Made by a program: the position numbers and the translations under genes. DNA of 64,000 nucleotides from Lentimicrobiaceae bacterium (GTDB lineage Bacteria > Bacteroidota > Bacteroidia > Bacteroidales > JAAYJT01), in NCBI GenBank assembly GCA_037445555.1, contig JBBIKG010000018.1:6435-70434 (forward strand). The letters are read 5' to 3'. Below the pieces are notes generated by a model. That model saw nothing but the letters and a program-made list of their open reading frames with translations. It ran no database searches and was not told the origin of the DNA. Below, one piece after another: positions 8,416 through 18,280 of the stretch (position 1 is its first letter; each line of letters starts with the position of its first letter).

Positions 8416-9312
8416 ATGAGTCCGGCATTCAGAATATTCAGGTTTTTAGCCCGCATCACCGAGCGTTTGCCATTCTGGATGGTATATATCGGCTCATTCA
8501 AGCTTTTTATTTCACTCTACTACATTTACCAATACCGGCGCAAAGTGGTGACTCAGAACCTGCAACGCGCTTTTCCGGAGTTTGACCGGGAAAGAATCAG
8601 AAAAACCCGTAGGCATTTCTACCGTCACCTGTGCGATGTTATTTTTGAGATTATTAAAACTCCCGGTATGAAGCCCGAAGATCTGCAATGCCGCTACCAT
8701 TTCAGAAACCCCGAAATCATTCACCAACTGATGTCGCAGGAACGTAGCGCCATCATTGCCACGGGGCATTTTGGGAACTGGGAATGGTCGGGCCCGGGGC
8801 TGCTGTTAAACTTCCCCGGCCTGGAGGGTTATGTGGTTGTGAAACCCCTGTCGGATAAATATTTCGAAGAGTACCTCAACAACATCCGACGCCTATACAA
8901 ATCGGATGTGGTTATCCCTTTCAAAATGACATTGCGCTACATGCTGAAGCACCAAAACCGCACCACCTATACCCTGTTTGCAGCGGATCAGACACCTCAT
9001 CTCGGCGATATTAACTTTATGGCTCAATTCCTGAACCAGCCCACCCCGTTTTATACCGGCATCGAGAAGTTGGCAAAATCACTAAATCAGCCTGTGGTAT
9101 ACATGGAAATGTATCGCCTGAGGCGGGGATATTATGAGGCTTCTTTTGAACTGATTAGCGATAAGCCTGCCGATACCGCCGATTTTGAGATCACCACAAA
9201 GTATATCCGTCTGCTGGAGCAAAGTATTCGCCGGCGTCCCGAAAACTGGCTTTGGTCGCACAAAAGATGGAAATATGCCAGGGCGGCTACAGAAAAACTA
9301 CAGTCCCGGTGA
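8416..9312 (+). CDS. lipid A biosynthesis lauroyl/myristoyl acyltransferase family protein (LpxL/HtrB-like lysophospholipid acyltransferase)
   Basis: N-terminal membrane anchor, then YRRKVVTQNLQRAFPE, the catalytic-region motif TGHFGNWEW, and C-terminal PENWLWSHKRWK. The 451-aa track ORF starting at 7957 runs through the tRNA gene, so I use an internal ATG. The ATG at 8365 is an alternative. Confidence 0.75.
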   Translation: MSPAFRIFRFLARITERLPFWMVYIGSFKLFISLYYIYQYRRKVVTQNLQRAFPEFDRERIRKTRRHFYRHLCDVIFEIIKTPGMKPEDLQCRYHFRNPEIIHQLMSQERSAIIATGHFGNWEWSGPGLLLNFPGLEGYVVVKPLSDKYFEEYLNNIRRLYKSDVVIPFKMTLRYMLKHQNRTTYTLFAADQTPHLGDINFMAQFLNQPTPFYTGIEKLAKSLNQPVVYMEMYRLRRGYYEASFELISDKPADTADFEITTKYIRLLEQSIRRRPENWLWSHKRWKYARAATEKLQSR

Positions 9313-10331
9313 AACAGGTCAGCATTGTCATATTGAACTGGAACGGGAGGGAGTTTCTGCGAAAGTTTCTTCCGAAGGTAATCGAAACCAGCCACGATCA
9401 GGCTGAGATCATCATTGCCGACAATGCCTCTATCGATAGCAGTGTGGAGTTCCTTGAGAAAAACTATCCCGACATACGTATTATACAAAACTTAACCAAC
9501 GGAGGCTTTGCCAAAGGCTATAACGATGCGCTGGCAAAGATTCCAAGCAAATACTACATCCTGCTCAACAGCGATATAGAAGTTACCCCGGGATGGATTG
9601 AGCCGGTGATACGAATGATGGAAGCAGACAGGCGAATAGTTGCCTGCCAACCCAAAATATTGTCATATTATAACCGTGAGTATTTTGAATATGCAGGAGC
9701 TGCAGGCGGATTTGTTGACAAATTTGGTTATCCGTTCTGCCGCGGAAGGCTTTTTCAGTCCCTCGAAAAAGATGAAGGGCAGTATAACGAACCAGCTGAA
9801 ATATTCTGGGCCAGCGGCGCATGTATGTTCGTAAGGGCTGATCTGTATCATCGCTTTGGGGGCTTCGACAACGATTTTTTTGCTCACATGGAAGAAATTG
9901 ATTTTTGCTGGCGCCTGAAAAACGCCGGCTACAAGGTAATGTATTGCCCCGGTTCGGTAGTGTACCACGTGGGAGGAGGCACGCTGCCAAAAAAATCCTC
10001 ACTCAAGACCTTTCTGAACTTTCGCAACAACCTTACGCTGATTTTCAAAAATATTCCCTCCGAGCAGATGCCTGTGGTTTTCTTCACCCGCTGGATACTC
10101 GATTGGGTGGCCGCGCTGAAATTTCTGAGCAATGGCGATGCCCGCGACTTTCTGGCTGTTCTCAGGGCACAGAATGCCATTATCCGCTCCTTCCGACGTC
10201 AACTGGTGAAAAGACGAAGAATTTCGCAATCGGCGGTGTCGGGAATGTACCGTCGCAACCTGGTTCTGGAGTACTACCTAAGGCGAAAAAAGAAGTTCAG
10301 CGATCTTGACCCGAAAGCCTTCACTGACTGA
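9309..10331 (+). CDS. family 2 glycosyltransferase
   Basis: VSIVILNWNGREFL ... IIIADNASIDSS ... LLNSDIEV ... is a GT-A fold with a DxD-type motif. The GTG at 9309 overlaps the upstream stop as GTGA. In-frame ATGs at 9252 and 9267 are alternative starts. Confidence 0.75.
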   Translation: MKQVSIVILNWNGREFLRKFLPKVIETSHDQAEIIIADNASIDSSVEFLEKNYPDIRIIQNLTNGGFAKGYNDALAKIPSKYYILLNSDIEVTPGWIEPVIRMMEADRRIVACQPKILSYYNREYFEYAGAAGGFVDKFGYPFCRGRLFQSLEKDEGQYNEPAEIFWASGACMFVRADLYHRFGGFDNDFFAHMEEIDFCWRLKNAGYKVMYCPGSVVYHVGGGTLPKKSSLKTFLNFRNNLTLIFKNIPSEQMPVVFFTRWILDWVAALKFLSNGDARDFLAVLRAQNAIIRSFRRQLVKRRRISQSAVSGMYRRNLVLEYYLRRKKKFSDLDPKAFTD

Positions 10332-10767
10332 TTCTCATGCGTACATGCTGTACCAATGCTTCTGTAGCCAGCCGGTACACATCCGAACCAAACCCGGTGA
10401 TGGTGCCTAGGGTATGAGGGCCTATGAATGACACATGCCTGAAAGATTCCCGGGCGAAGATATTGCTAAGGTGCACCTCAACCACTGGGGCGGCAACGGC
10501 TTTCACTGCATCGCCAATTGCCAACGAGGTGTGAGTATAGGCGCCGGCGTTGAGGATAATACCTGAATGATCGAATCCGTAATGATGGAGGGCATCAATA
10601 ATTTCGCCCTCCACATTGCTCTGGAAGCGGGTAAATTCGACTTCGGGGTAGGCGTTTACCAACCGGCTTATGATATCCTCCAGCGATTCGCTTCCGTAGA
10701 TGCCGGGCTCTCGGGCGCCGAGCAGGTTAAGGTTGGGACCGTTGATAATTGCAATTTTCAACATCAC
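10321..10767 (-). CDS. aroQ: type II 3-dehydroquinate dehydratase
   Basis: KIAIINGPNLNLLGAREPGIYG ... IILNAGAYTHTSLAIGDA ... VEVHLSNI are hallmark AroQ motifs. Confidence 0.9.
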   Translation of the reverse strand: MMLKIAIINGPNLNLLGAREPGIYGSESLEDIISRLVNAYPEVEFTRFQSNVEGEIIDALHHYGFDHSGIILNAGAYTHTSLAIGDAVKAVAAPVVEVHLSNIFARESFRHVSFIGPHTLGTITGFGSDVYRLATEALVQHVRMRISQ

Positions 10768-10775
10768 AGAATAAT

Positions 10776-12110
10776 CTATTTACTCTTTACCTTGTTGGGT
10801 GTTATTGGTTCCGGACCTGCTTTTTCAACCTTTGTGGCTTTTCGGGCAGCGCGCTTTGATGCCATTGCTGACGGCTCGGCTGCGGATTGTGGCTCGCTCA
10901 ATACCACCACCGGTTGCTGATTGCCGCATATTCTGTCGACACGGATTATGAAATCGGAGAGCACATTCATGTAGTTGATATAGGCCTCGTAAGGGGTGGG
11001 GTAGGGGTTGAAATACTTATGCACCTCGCCGTCCGAAAACCACTTGGTGCACATATAGTAAAAATGGTCACTGGTTTGCAGGTAGTTCCAGTCGCGCAGC
11101 AGGTCGGCATTGTTACACCCCTTGATCTTTTGTTCGACGGAGTAGAGGCTGTCGAAGGCATCGTCCTGCAGGTCGTTGCCGAGCCATGCGGTGAGGTCGC
11201 GTTCGGCATCGGCCCAAGACATAGGGAATGGTACGTTGATTTCAGCCACATCTTCCAGCTCTTCGGCTAGTTGCGACGGAGTGGCGAAGCCATAGCGGGT
11301 GCGTTTGAAAATGGCGTCGGGGAGAGCTCTGAGAAAATCCATGATGCCGGTGTCGGCCGACTGATGTTCGCCAAAGGTTTCGTAATCGGCAAAGATATTT
11401 ACCACTTCGTGGCTATTGTCGAGCGCATTGATCCAGCCGGCAAACTTCTCTGTGGTCAGAGGCCACTCCGACCAGCCTTTATTCGAAAACCGGAACGCGA
11501 TATCATCGCTCAGCTGGAAGTTTCGGAGCAGTACTTTGAGATGTGGGTTGATGGAGCTTCGGTACATGTGGTTGGGGCTTTTCCATCCCAACACATGCTT
11601 TGCACCTTCGGTAAGCATTACTTTAAATCCCATCCGGGCTACCATGCTGCTGATCGCATCGGAGTAGATCATCTCGGTGTTGCGAAAAGCCGTGGGTGTC
11701 ACACCGAAAAGCTCCTTTATCTTTTCGCGATGCAGGCTTACCTGTCTGGTAAACTCTTCCTGGCTGCGCAGTGCCGCAAGCGAATGAGCATATGTTTCGG
11801 CTAAAAATTCGACATTGCCGGTTTTTGCAAGGGCTCTGAAACTCTCGATTACCTCAGGGGCATAGAGTTGAAACTGGTCGAGCGCTGACCCTGATATTGA
11901 GTAGCTCACCTTAAACTTATCGCCATGTTTTTTAATGATATCCAGCATAATCTGGTTGGTTGGCAGATAACTTCTGGCGGCAACTCGCTTGGCTATGGAT
12001 CGGTTTTGAAATTCATCGTAGTAATAGCTGTTGTCGCCGATATCAAAAAACCGGTAGGTGCGCAGGCGAAAGGGTTGATGGACCTGAAAGAATAAGCAAA
12101 TAGCTTTCAT
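10776..12110 (-). CDS. glycoside hydrolase family 57 (alpha-amylase-like)
   Basis: The N-terminus CLFFQVHQPFRLRTYRFFD and later ETFGEH are typical of GH57. It has a basic, low-complexity C-terminal tail. Confidence 0.85.
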   Translation of the reverse strand: MKAICLFFQVHQPFRLRTYRFFDIGDNSYYYDEFQNRSIAKRVAARSYLPTNQIMLDIIKKHGDKFKVSYSISGSALDQFQLYAPEVIESFRALAKTGNVEFLAETYAHSLAALRSQEEFTRQVSLHREKIKELFGVTPTAFRNTEMIYSDAISSMVARMGFKVMLTEGAKHVLGWKSPNHMYRSSINPHLKVLLRNFQLSDDIAFRFSNKGWSEWPLTTEKFAGWINALDNSHEVVNIFADYETFGEHQSADTGIMDFLRALPDAIFKRTRYGFATPSQLAEELEDVAEINVPFPMSWADAERDLTAWLGNDLQDDAFDSLYSVEQKIKGCNNADLLRDWNYLQTSDHFYYMCTKWFSDGEVHKYFNPYPTPYEAYINYMNVLSDFIIRVDRICGNQQPVVVLSEPQSAAEPSAMASKRAARKATKVEKAGPEPITPNKVKSK

Positions 12111-12122
12111 ATTGACGTTGAA

Positions 12123-13433
12123 TTATTTTTCGTAATGTTGATTTATTGCATAGTTAACGGCTCTGATATATGCGTCAAGAACCTTCAGGGCGGCGTTCTC
12201 CCACTTAAGATTATTTACTTCGGCAATGCCGTAGCGGTCAAACATTTTGTGAATTCCTTTATAACGTATCAATCCGTACACAGCATCGGCCAGCCCCTCG
12301 GTGTCCCAAAAATCCACTTTAAGGGCATGGGTGAGGATTTCAGCTACTCCCGATTGCTTGGATATGACTACCGGCACGTTTGACCGTATGGCTTCGAGCG
12401 GGGCTATGCCGAACGGCTCGCTTACCGAAGGCATCACATATACATCGCTCATTGCAAACATCCGGTCTACGTTTTCGCCCTTGAGGAAACCCGTAAAATG
12501 GAACTTCTTTCCGATACGCAGCCTGGCCACCAGCCGTATCATTTTGTTCAGCATATCGCCTGAGCCAGCCATCACAAAGCGCACATTTGGATCGCGCTGA
12601 AGAATCTTGTATGCGGCTTCCACGAAATATTCAGGCCCTTTCTGATAGGTAATTCTGCCAAGAAAAGTCACCACCTTTTCGTCCACGTGCGATTTGATAT
12701 CCTGGAGGCCGCTCTTGTCGATCGGTTCCACGGCGTTGTGAACGGTCACCACTTTTGCCGGGTCAATACCGTATTGGTCAATGACCACGTTGCGTGTGAG
12801 ATTGCTGACTGCGATTACTATATCTGCCTGCTGCATACCGTATTGCTCAATGGCGAACACCTCGGTATTGATGTTTTGACCCGACCGATCGAATTCGGTG
12901 GCGTGCATATGGACTACCAACGGTTTGCCCGTGGCCATTTTGGCGGCAACTCCGGCCGAATAGGTCAACCAGTCATGTGCATGTATTACGTCAAATTGAT
13001 GGTTGCGGGCTATCACTGAAGCAATCATGGCATAGCGCGATACCTCTTCCATCAGGTTACTGCCGTACTTGCCCGAGAACTCGAATTTGGTGCTGAATGC
13101 AGTCTCCTGCCGGGATTCTGATTTTTGCTGTCCGGCGCTTACCAGCTTTTCAAACTCTTCCGGTCCTACGTAGGGTATCAGGTTTGAGCCTATCTCCATG
13201 TATGTGACCTGTTCCCAGAACTTTTTCAACGATTCGTCACGTATGTCCAGGGTTATATCGCTGGCGTTGATGATTCTAACTGCTTCCTCACTCTCATCAC
13301 CATAGGCTTTTGGAACCACAAACAATACTTCCACATTATGTTTGGCCAACCCTTTGGTGAGCCCAAAACAAGCGGTGCCAAGCCCTCCGGTGATATGAGG
13401 CGGAAACTCCCAACCAAACATGAGTACTTTCAT
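12123..13433 (-). CDS. GT4-type glycosyltransferase, glycogen-synthase-like
   Basis: KVLMFGWEFPPHITGGLGTACFGL at the N-terminus, then GRITYQKG and EPFGIAPLEA (the E-x7-E region). Confidence 0.8.
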   Translation of the reverse strand: MKVLMFGWEFPPHITGGLGTACFGLTKGLAKHNVEVLFVVPKAYGDESEEAVRIINASDITLDIRDESLKKFWEQVTYMEIGSNLIPYVGPEEFEKLVSAGQQKSESRQETAFSTKFEFSGKYGSNLMEEVSRYAMIASVIARNHQFDVIHAHDWLTYSAGVAAKMATGKPLVVHMHATEFDRSGQNINTEVFAIEQYGMQQADIVIAVSNLTRNVVIDQYGIDPAKVVTVHNAVEPIDKSGLQDIKSHVDEKVVTFLGRITYQKGPEYFVEAAYKILQRDPNVRFVMAGSGDMLNKMIRLVARLRIGKKFHFTGFLKGENVDRMFAMSDVYVMPSVSEPFGIAPLEAIRSNVPVVISKQSGVAEILTHALKVDFWDTEGLADAVYGLIRYKGIHKMFDRYGIAEVNNLKWENAALKVLDAYIRAVNYAINQHYEK

Positions 13434-13444
13434 ACTTGTTCCTC

Positions 13445-15400
13445 TCAGGGGTTTAATGATGCTTTATATTTTGTCACGATATCATTCATTCGTAGCACTT
13501 CGGCCACACTCCATGCCTGCGAAATGGCACCTCCGGGCTTGTGTGGCGGATCTCCATCAAAGAGCTCTGAAATAGAGCCTATACCGTGCTCGGTAATCGT
13601 CTCTTCCAGCCCCTGGAAAGTTTTTTCGATCAGGGGGATACCGCTTCTCATATTAATTTTGAGGTAGGCTTCGGCAAAATGTCCTAAAAGCCATGGCCAG
13701 GCTGTGCCCTGGTAGCAGGCGCGGTCGCGCTCATATTGATTGCCCGTGTACACACTGTGGTAGTTCGGATCTTTGGGCGACAAGGTCCTCAAACCCCTTG
13801 GGGTCAGCAACTCCGAACGTATTATGTCGAGCAGGCTTTTCTGAATATTCTCATCCACCGCGCAATAGGGCAACGATGCGGCAAACAGCATATTGGGCCG
13901 CACTGACCAGTCTTTGTGGTCGCCTATTACCACATCGGCCAGGTAACGCATTTTGCTGTCCCAAAAGACAGAAGTGAAAACTGCAGGAAACTGATCTGCT
14001 ATAGGTTGCCAGTGTTTGATGAAGTCAGCATCCTTTCCTTTGGCCAGTTCAAGGGCAAACATGATGGCATTATACCACAGGGCATTCAGCTCAACGGCCA
14101 GCCCTGTGCGGTCAACAATGGGCCTGCTGTCAGCCACGGCATCCATCCAGGTAACCGGGTTGTGGTGATCCCCGGCATAAAGCAGTCCGTTGGTTAGCAT
14201 GTGAATATTGTAATCTGTCCCTTCGCGGAACCCCTGCAGTATAGTTTTTATTGTACCGCCGTATTTTTTCCAAACATGCGCCTTTTTGCCGGTAACTAGC
14301 ACGAATTTCTGCATTGCCCAGAAGAACCACAAGGGGGCATCGGCCGAGTTGTAGAGGGTTTTTGAACCTTTGCCGACATTAGGAAACAATGGGCCTTTTA
14401 TTTCTTCGATCATCGAATCGATGATGGCCTCAAAAAGTAGGTAATCACCGGTTCTTAACGTCAATCCGGGAAGCGAAATGAATGTGTCGCGGCCCCGGCG
14501 CCCAAACCAAGGGTAGCCCGCCACTATTTCATTCTTATTGCCGCGTTTGACTAAGAATTGCTGACCTGCATTGACCAGACAGCTTTCGTAGCTGTTTCGC
14601 GGGATGCGGGAGGTAACTTCCTTGTCAAAGAGCTGGGCAAACCTGGCAGGTTCTGATTCGGAAAGGGCTGCGACAAAATAAACACTCTCGCCCTTTTCGA
14701 TGTCTGTCTCGAAGGTCCCAGGGGTAAACAGGTCTTCATGGCACTCGTACCCGCGCATAGCTTCGCGGATGTATTCGATGTCATAGTACCAGTCTGGCTG
14801 GTGTTTGTAAATGACCTGCTTGCTGAATTGCATGAAAAGCGGGGTGTAGCCTGGATACAACCTGACCTTAATGCCCTGGCTTACTAACTCATACTTTGTG
14901 TCGGCAAACACATTGGCTTTGCTCAGGGCGTGGATGCTCCGGAATCCCAAAAGGGGTTTGAAACGCAGGCGGGTGGGCGAATGTGCTTCTTCGAGGGTGT
15001 ACTTAATGATGGCGGTATCGTCGTTGTGTGTGAACAAGACTTCCTTGGTCAATATCACACCGCCAACCCGGTAGGTTTGTTTGGGAATGGGATCGGTAGT
15101 AAAGTTACGCAAGTATTTGTGACCGCCCGGGTGGTAATGTTCTCCTTTAAACTTGTGAATGCCCAGGTTGAACTCCGCATCACGTTGAATTACCGTTTCG
15201 TCGAGGGTGGACAGCATAACATGAAGGTCATCGTTGATGCCGGATTGGGGAGCTACCAGCAGACCATGATATTTTCGGGTGTTGCAATTTATAATTGTAG
15301 TGCTGGCATATGATCCGGCCCTGTTCGATCTGAGCAGCTCTTTAGGGAGCGAATACTCAAGATTGATAAGCTGGGTTTTGTCAAACCTTATGTAACTCAT
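13445..15400 (-). CDS. glycogen debranching enzyme (GDE N-terminal domain plus amylo-alpha-1,6-glucosidase domain)
   Basis: SNRAGSYASTTIINCNTRKYHGLLV at the N-terminus. The C-terminal region ... CYQGTAWPWLLGHFAEAY ... ISELFDGDPPHKPGG is typical of GDE_C. Confidence 0.85.
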   Translation of the reverse strand: MSYIRFDKTQLINLEYSLPKELLRSNRAGSYASTTIINCNTRKYHGLLVAPQSGINDDLHVMLSTLDETVIQRDAEFNLGIHKFKGEHYHPGGHKYLRNFTTDPIPKQTYRVGGVILTKEVLFTHNDDTAIIKYTLEEAHSPTRLRFKPLLGFRSIHALSKANVFADTKYELVSQGIKVRLYPGYTPLFMQFSKQVIYKHQPDWYYDIEYIREAMRGYECHEDLFTPGTFETDIEKGESVYFVAALSESEPARFAQLFDKEVTSRIPRNSYESCLVNAGQQFLVKRGNKNEIVAGYPWFGRRGRDTFISLPGLTLRTGDYLLFEAIIDSMIEEIKGPLFPNVGKGSKTLYNSADAPLWFFWAMQKFVLVTGKKAHVWKKYGGTIKTILQGFREGTDYNIHMLTNGLLYAGDHHNPVTWMDAVADSRPIVDRTGLAVELNALWYNAIMFALELAKGKDADFIKHWQPIADQFPAVFTSVFWDSKMRYLADVVIGDHKDWSVRPNMLFAASLPYCAVDENIQKSLLDIIRSELLTPRGLRTLSPKDPNYHSVYTGNQYERDRACYQGTAWPWLLGHFAEAYLKINMRSGIPLIEKTFQGLEETITEHGIGSISELFDGDPPHKPGGAISQAWSVAEVLRMNDIVTKYKASLNP

Positions 15401-15789
15401 ATAAATAGGTGATTATCTGCTTTTTGTTTGTCCCGTTCTATTGGAATGTCAATGCTGAGTCAATTGCTCAGTGTTAGGTAAAGTAACTTCAGTATGTTAT
15501 TATTTTCCAACTATAGCTAAAAATGCGACATTAACTATCCGAATGCTCAAAAATAACTATAAAATCTCCAGATTTGTTCGAAAAAATTTAGGAATTAGCA
15601 AAAAGATATTACAGGGCCTTTTTTGTCTTAAGAGTGATTTCGCTGCTCCAATAACGAGGTAGACTGACAATAATTCCTTACAAAATTCGTATTAAATAGT
15701 CTAAGTAATTGTGCTATTTACCATTGTTCGACGCTTAATCTCACTTAACAATATTACAATTAGTTAATTTTACGCCACTTTCCTGACCC

Positions 15790-17256
15790 ATGATGGCATT
15801 AGTATCAAAAAGGTTCCTCTTCAGTTTATCAATCCTGGTTACAGGAATCTGGCTGCTCACTGCCTGCCGTGACGAGATCAGGTTTTCAGCTGATCCAGCC
15901 CTCAAACTTCGTTTTTCGGCTGATACAGTTCTTTTCGATACGGTGTTTACTTCCATCGGCACCGCCACAAAAGTGCTGATGGTTTACAACAGCGAGAATA
16001 AATGGGTTAAAATCTCCTCCATAAGGCTGGCCAGGGGTCAGGCATCGCCGTTTCGCATGAATATTGACGGACAGGCCACCCTCGACGCAAGAGATATAGA
16101 GCTCGCCCCGCGCGACAGCCTGTTCATATTTGTCCGGGCCACTATTAATCCTAAAAATCAGTCCGGCATTCTGATAGAAAGCGACTCCATCGTTTTTTCG
16201 TTCAATAATAAACAACAGGATGTCAAACTGGCTGCATGGGCACAGGATGCTTATTTTTATTCAAACATCGTACTTTCGGGCGATTATGTCATGAATGATG
16301 ATAAGCCACATGTGATTTACGGTTATATCGCGATCGATTCGCTATACACCATGACGGTCAATGCAGGGGCCCGGCTTCATTTCCATCGCAATTCGTTTAT
16401 GCTTGTCTATCGCGATGCATCGTTACGCATCATGGGAACAAAGGAGAAGCCAGTAATCATCCAGGGCGACCGACCCGAGTACGCATTTCGTGAAACACCA
16501 GGGCAATGGGGACATAAAGATGCCGGTGTGGGAATTTACTTCTATCCCGGCAGTAAAAACAATCGGATTCAGCATGCCATCATCCGCAATGGCATTGTCG
16601 GGCTGCAGGTTGATAGTACAGCAAGCTGGGAAGTTCCTGCGCTTGAGATTTTCAACTCCGAGATACGTAACATGTCGGGTATCGGGCTTCTTGCACGCGG
16701 CTCACACGTCAGGGCTGCCAATACCGTAATCGCCAACTGCGGGAGCAACGCTCTGGCCCTGGTCTATGGAGGGAAATACGATTTCAGGCATATGACCATC
16801 GCGAATTATTGGAATTTCTCCGTCAGGTTATCACCGGCGGTTATACTGAATAACTATTACACCTCGAAGGGCAAGCTGGTGTTGCGTGACCTTTCCAATG
16901 CCTATTTCGGAAATTGTGTCATTTACGGAAGCAACAACGAAGAGCTCGCATTCGACTCTAGGACAGAAGCTGCGTTCAACTATCTGTTCGAGAATTGTCA
17001 TGTCAAGGTTAAGAACAACATTGGCGGCGATACAAAATTCATTAATTCCAGTGCCAATACAGACCCTCGGTTTTTTGATGCGGCTGTACACGATCTTAGG
17101 CCCGACACCCTGTCGCCGCTTATCAATAAAGGTGCTTTAAAGATCATACAGCAATCGGATCTGAACCTTACTTTTGATCTGAGAGGGAAAAGCCGTATTC
17201 TGGATAACGCTCCCGATATCGGTGCTTACGAGTATCAGCCAAAACCGAAGAATTGA
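15790..17256 (+). CDS. lipoprotein with right-handed parallel beta-helix repeats, unknown function
   Basis: Lipobox LLTAC. The central region has a repetitive N/G-rich beta-helix-like pattern (IRNGIVGLQVD, IRNMSGIGLLARGS, VIANCGSNALAL). The C-terminal ending is ...DLRGKSR...APDIGAYEY. Confidence 0.65.
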   Translation: MMALVSKRFLFSLSILVTGIWLLTACRDEIRFSADPALKLRFSADTVLFDTVFTSIGTATKVLMVYNSENKWVKISSIRLARGQASPFRMNIDGQATLDARDIELAPRDSLFIFVRATINPKNQSGILIESDSIVFSFNNKQQDVKLAAWAQDAYFYSNIVLSGDYVMNDDKPHVIYGYIAIDSLYTMTVNAGARLHFHRNSFMLVYRDASLRIMGTKEKPVIIQGDRPEYAFRETPGQWGHKDAGVGIYFYPGSKNNRIQHAIIRNGIVGLQVDSTASWEVPALEIFNSEIRNMSGIGLLARGSHVRAANTVIANCGSNALALVYGGKYDFRHMTIANYWNFSVRLSPAVILNNYYTSKGKLVLRDLSNAYFGNCVIYGSNNEELAFDSRTEAAFNYLFENCHVKVKNNIGGDTKFINSSANTDPRFFDAAVHDLRPDTLSPLINKGALKIIQQSDLNLTFDLRGKSRILDNAPDIGAYEYQPKPKN

Positions 17257-17287
17257 CCTATTTTTGTAGTCTTCTTTTATTATAGCT

Positions 17288-18280
17288 GTGCGTCTCCTGT
17301 TTATTTCAGTATTGTTTGTAGGTTGGCTGTTGGTCACCCTGACGGGGTGTAAAGAACTGAACGATGACTATCCTCCGGTGCTATGGTCGGTAGTGTTTGA
17401 GAATGATGCCAAAATCCGGCCCGGCCCAATTACAGCCTTAATTTACGAAAATGATCATCGCATCTGGCTTGGGTCTCAATCAGATGCGGGTCTGATATGC
17501 TACAACGGCCGGAATTGGGAGTTTCTTGAACCAGGTGCTGGAATGCCTTCCATTGATTCAGTAACGGCGATCGTACGCGATGGGTACGGCTTGCTCTGGG
17601 TGGGATGGAGAAGCGGACTGGCAAATTACAATGGATCAGTATGGCAGCGCATACCCCAGTTTGATGGCCGGTGCGTCACCTCACTGGCCGTTGAGGAAGT
17701 CGGAAACATCTGGGTAGGAATATCCGGATCGACTGCAACAGGCGGGCTGGCTTACTACAAAGACAGGCAGTGGAGTTTTTTGAGCCCGGCCAACTCCGGC
17801 TTCTCTTCATCGCGTGTGCGTAGCCTGGCATATGATACCTTTGCCGGACTATGGGTATGCACGGCCGACCAAGGAGTAATCAGCCTTCAATCGGGAACGA
17901 TGAGGCAATACAAAAGGCCCGAACTGACATTGGATTCGGATCACTTTACTTCCGTCGCCATCGATGAACGGGGTTGGGTATGGACCGGAAACATTGCTTC
18001 GCAGCTGGTATGTTTCCAGCCCAACAATATAGTTAGTGTTGTCAATACAGGTGCGGGATCCCCGGTAACCTCAATCACAACCGCAGAAAATAATATATTG
18101 TGGGTAGGGACCCGCGATGCAGGACTGATCAGGTTTGACGGGCGAAGGTGGCAATGCCTGAACGTCAGCAATGCACGTTTGCCTTCAAATACAGTGATAC
18201 GCACATGGAACGGAAACGCCGGATCCTTGCTTTTCAGTCTGGACAACGGCCAGGTGCTTTCAATCAAATCCGGCTTATGA
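17288..18280 (+). CDS. lipoprotein made of two-component-regulator-propeller (Reg_prop)-like repeats
   Basis: Lipobox LTGC. Recurring W-x-G motifs occur every roughly 45 aa (IWLGS, LWVGW, IWVGI, LWVCT, VWTGN, LWVGT). Confidence 0.65.
   Translation: MRLLFISVLFVGWLLVTLTGCKELNDDYPPVLWSVVFENDAKIRPGPITALIYENDHRIWLGSQSDAGLICYNGRNWEFLEPGAGMPSIDSVTAIVRDGYGLLWVGWRSGLANYNGSVWQRIPQFDGRCVTSLAVEEVGNIWVGISGSTATGGLAYYKDRQWSFLSPANSGFSSSRVRSLAYDTFAGLWVCTADQGVISLQSGTMRQYKRPELTLDSDHFTSVAIDERGWVWTGNIASQLVCFQPNNIVSVVNTGAGSPVTSITTAENNILWVGTRDAGLIRFDGRRWQCLNVSNARLPSNTVIRTWNGNAGSLLFSLDNGQVLSIKSGL

Noticed and set aside
10321-10331. Convergent gene-end overlaps (GT2/aroQ at 10321-10331; DUF3078/TPR at 31981-31984)
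   Set aside because: Overlaps of a few nucleotides between convergent stops are common in compact genomes and need no special explanation.
18148-18276. Upstream extensions of track ORFs (18148, 30011, 34099, 53004, 33323, 44703, 36809, 38227, 33162)
   Set aside because: In each case an internal ATG immediately precedes a signal peptide or the conserved N-terminus. The extension would also overlap the preceding gene or lacks protein-like sequence.
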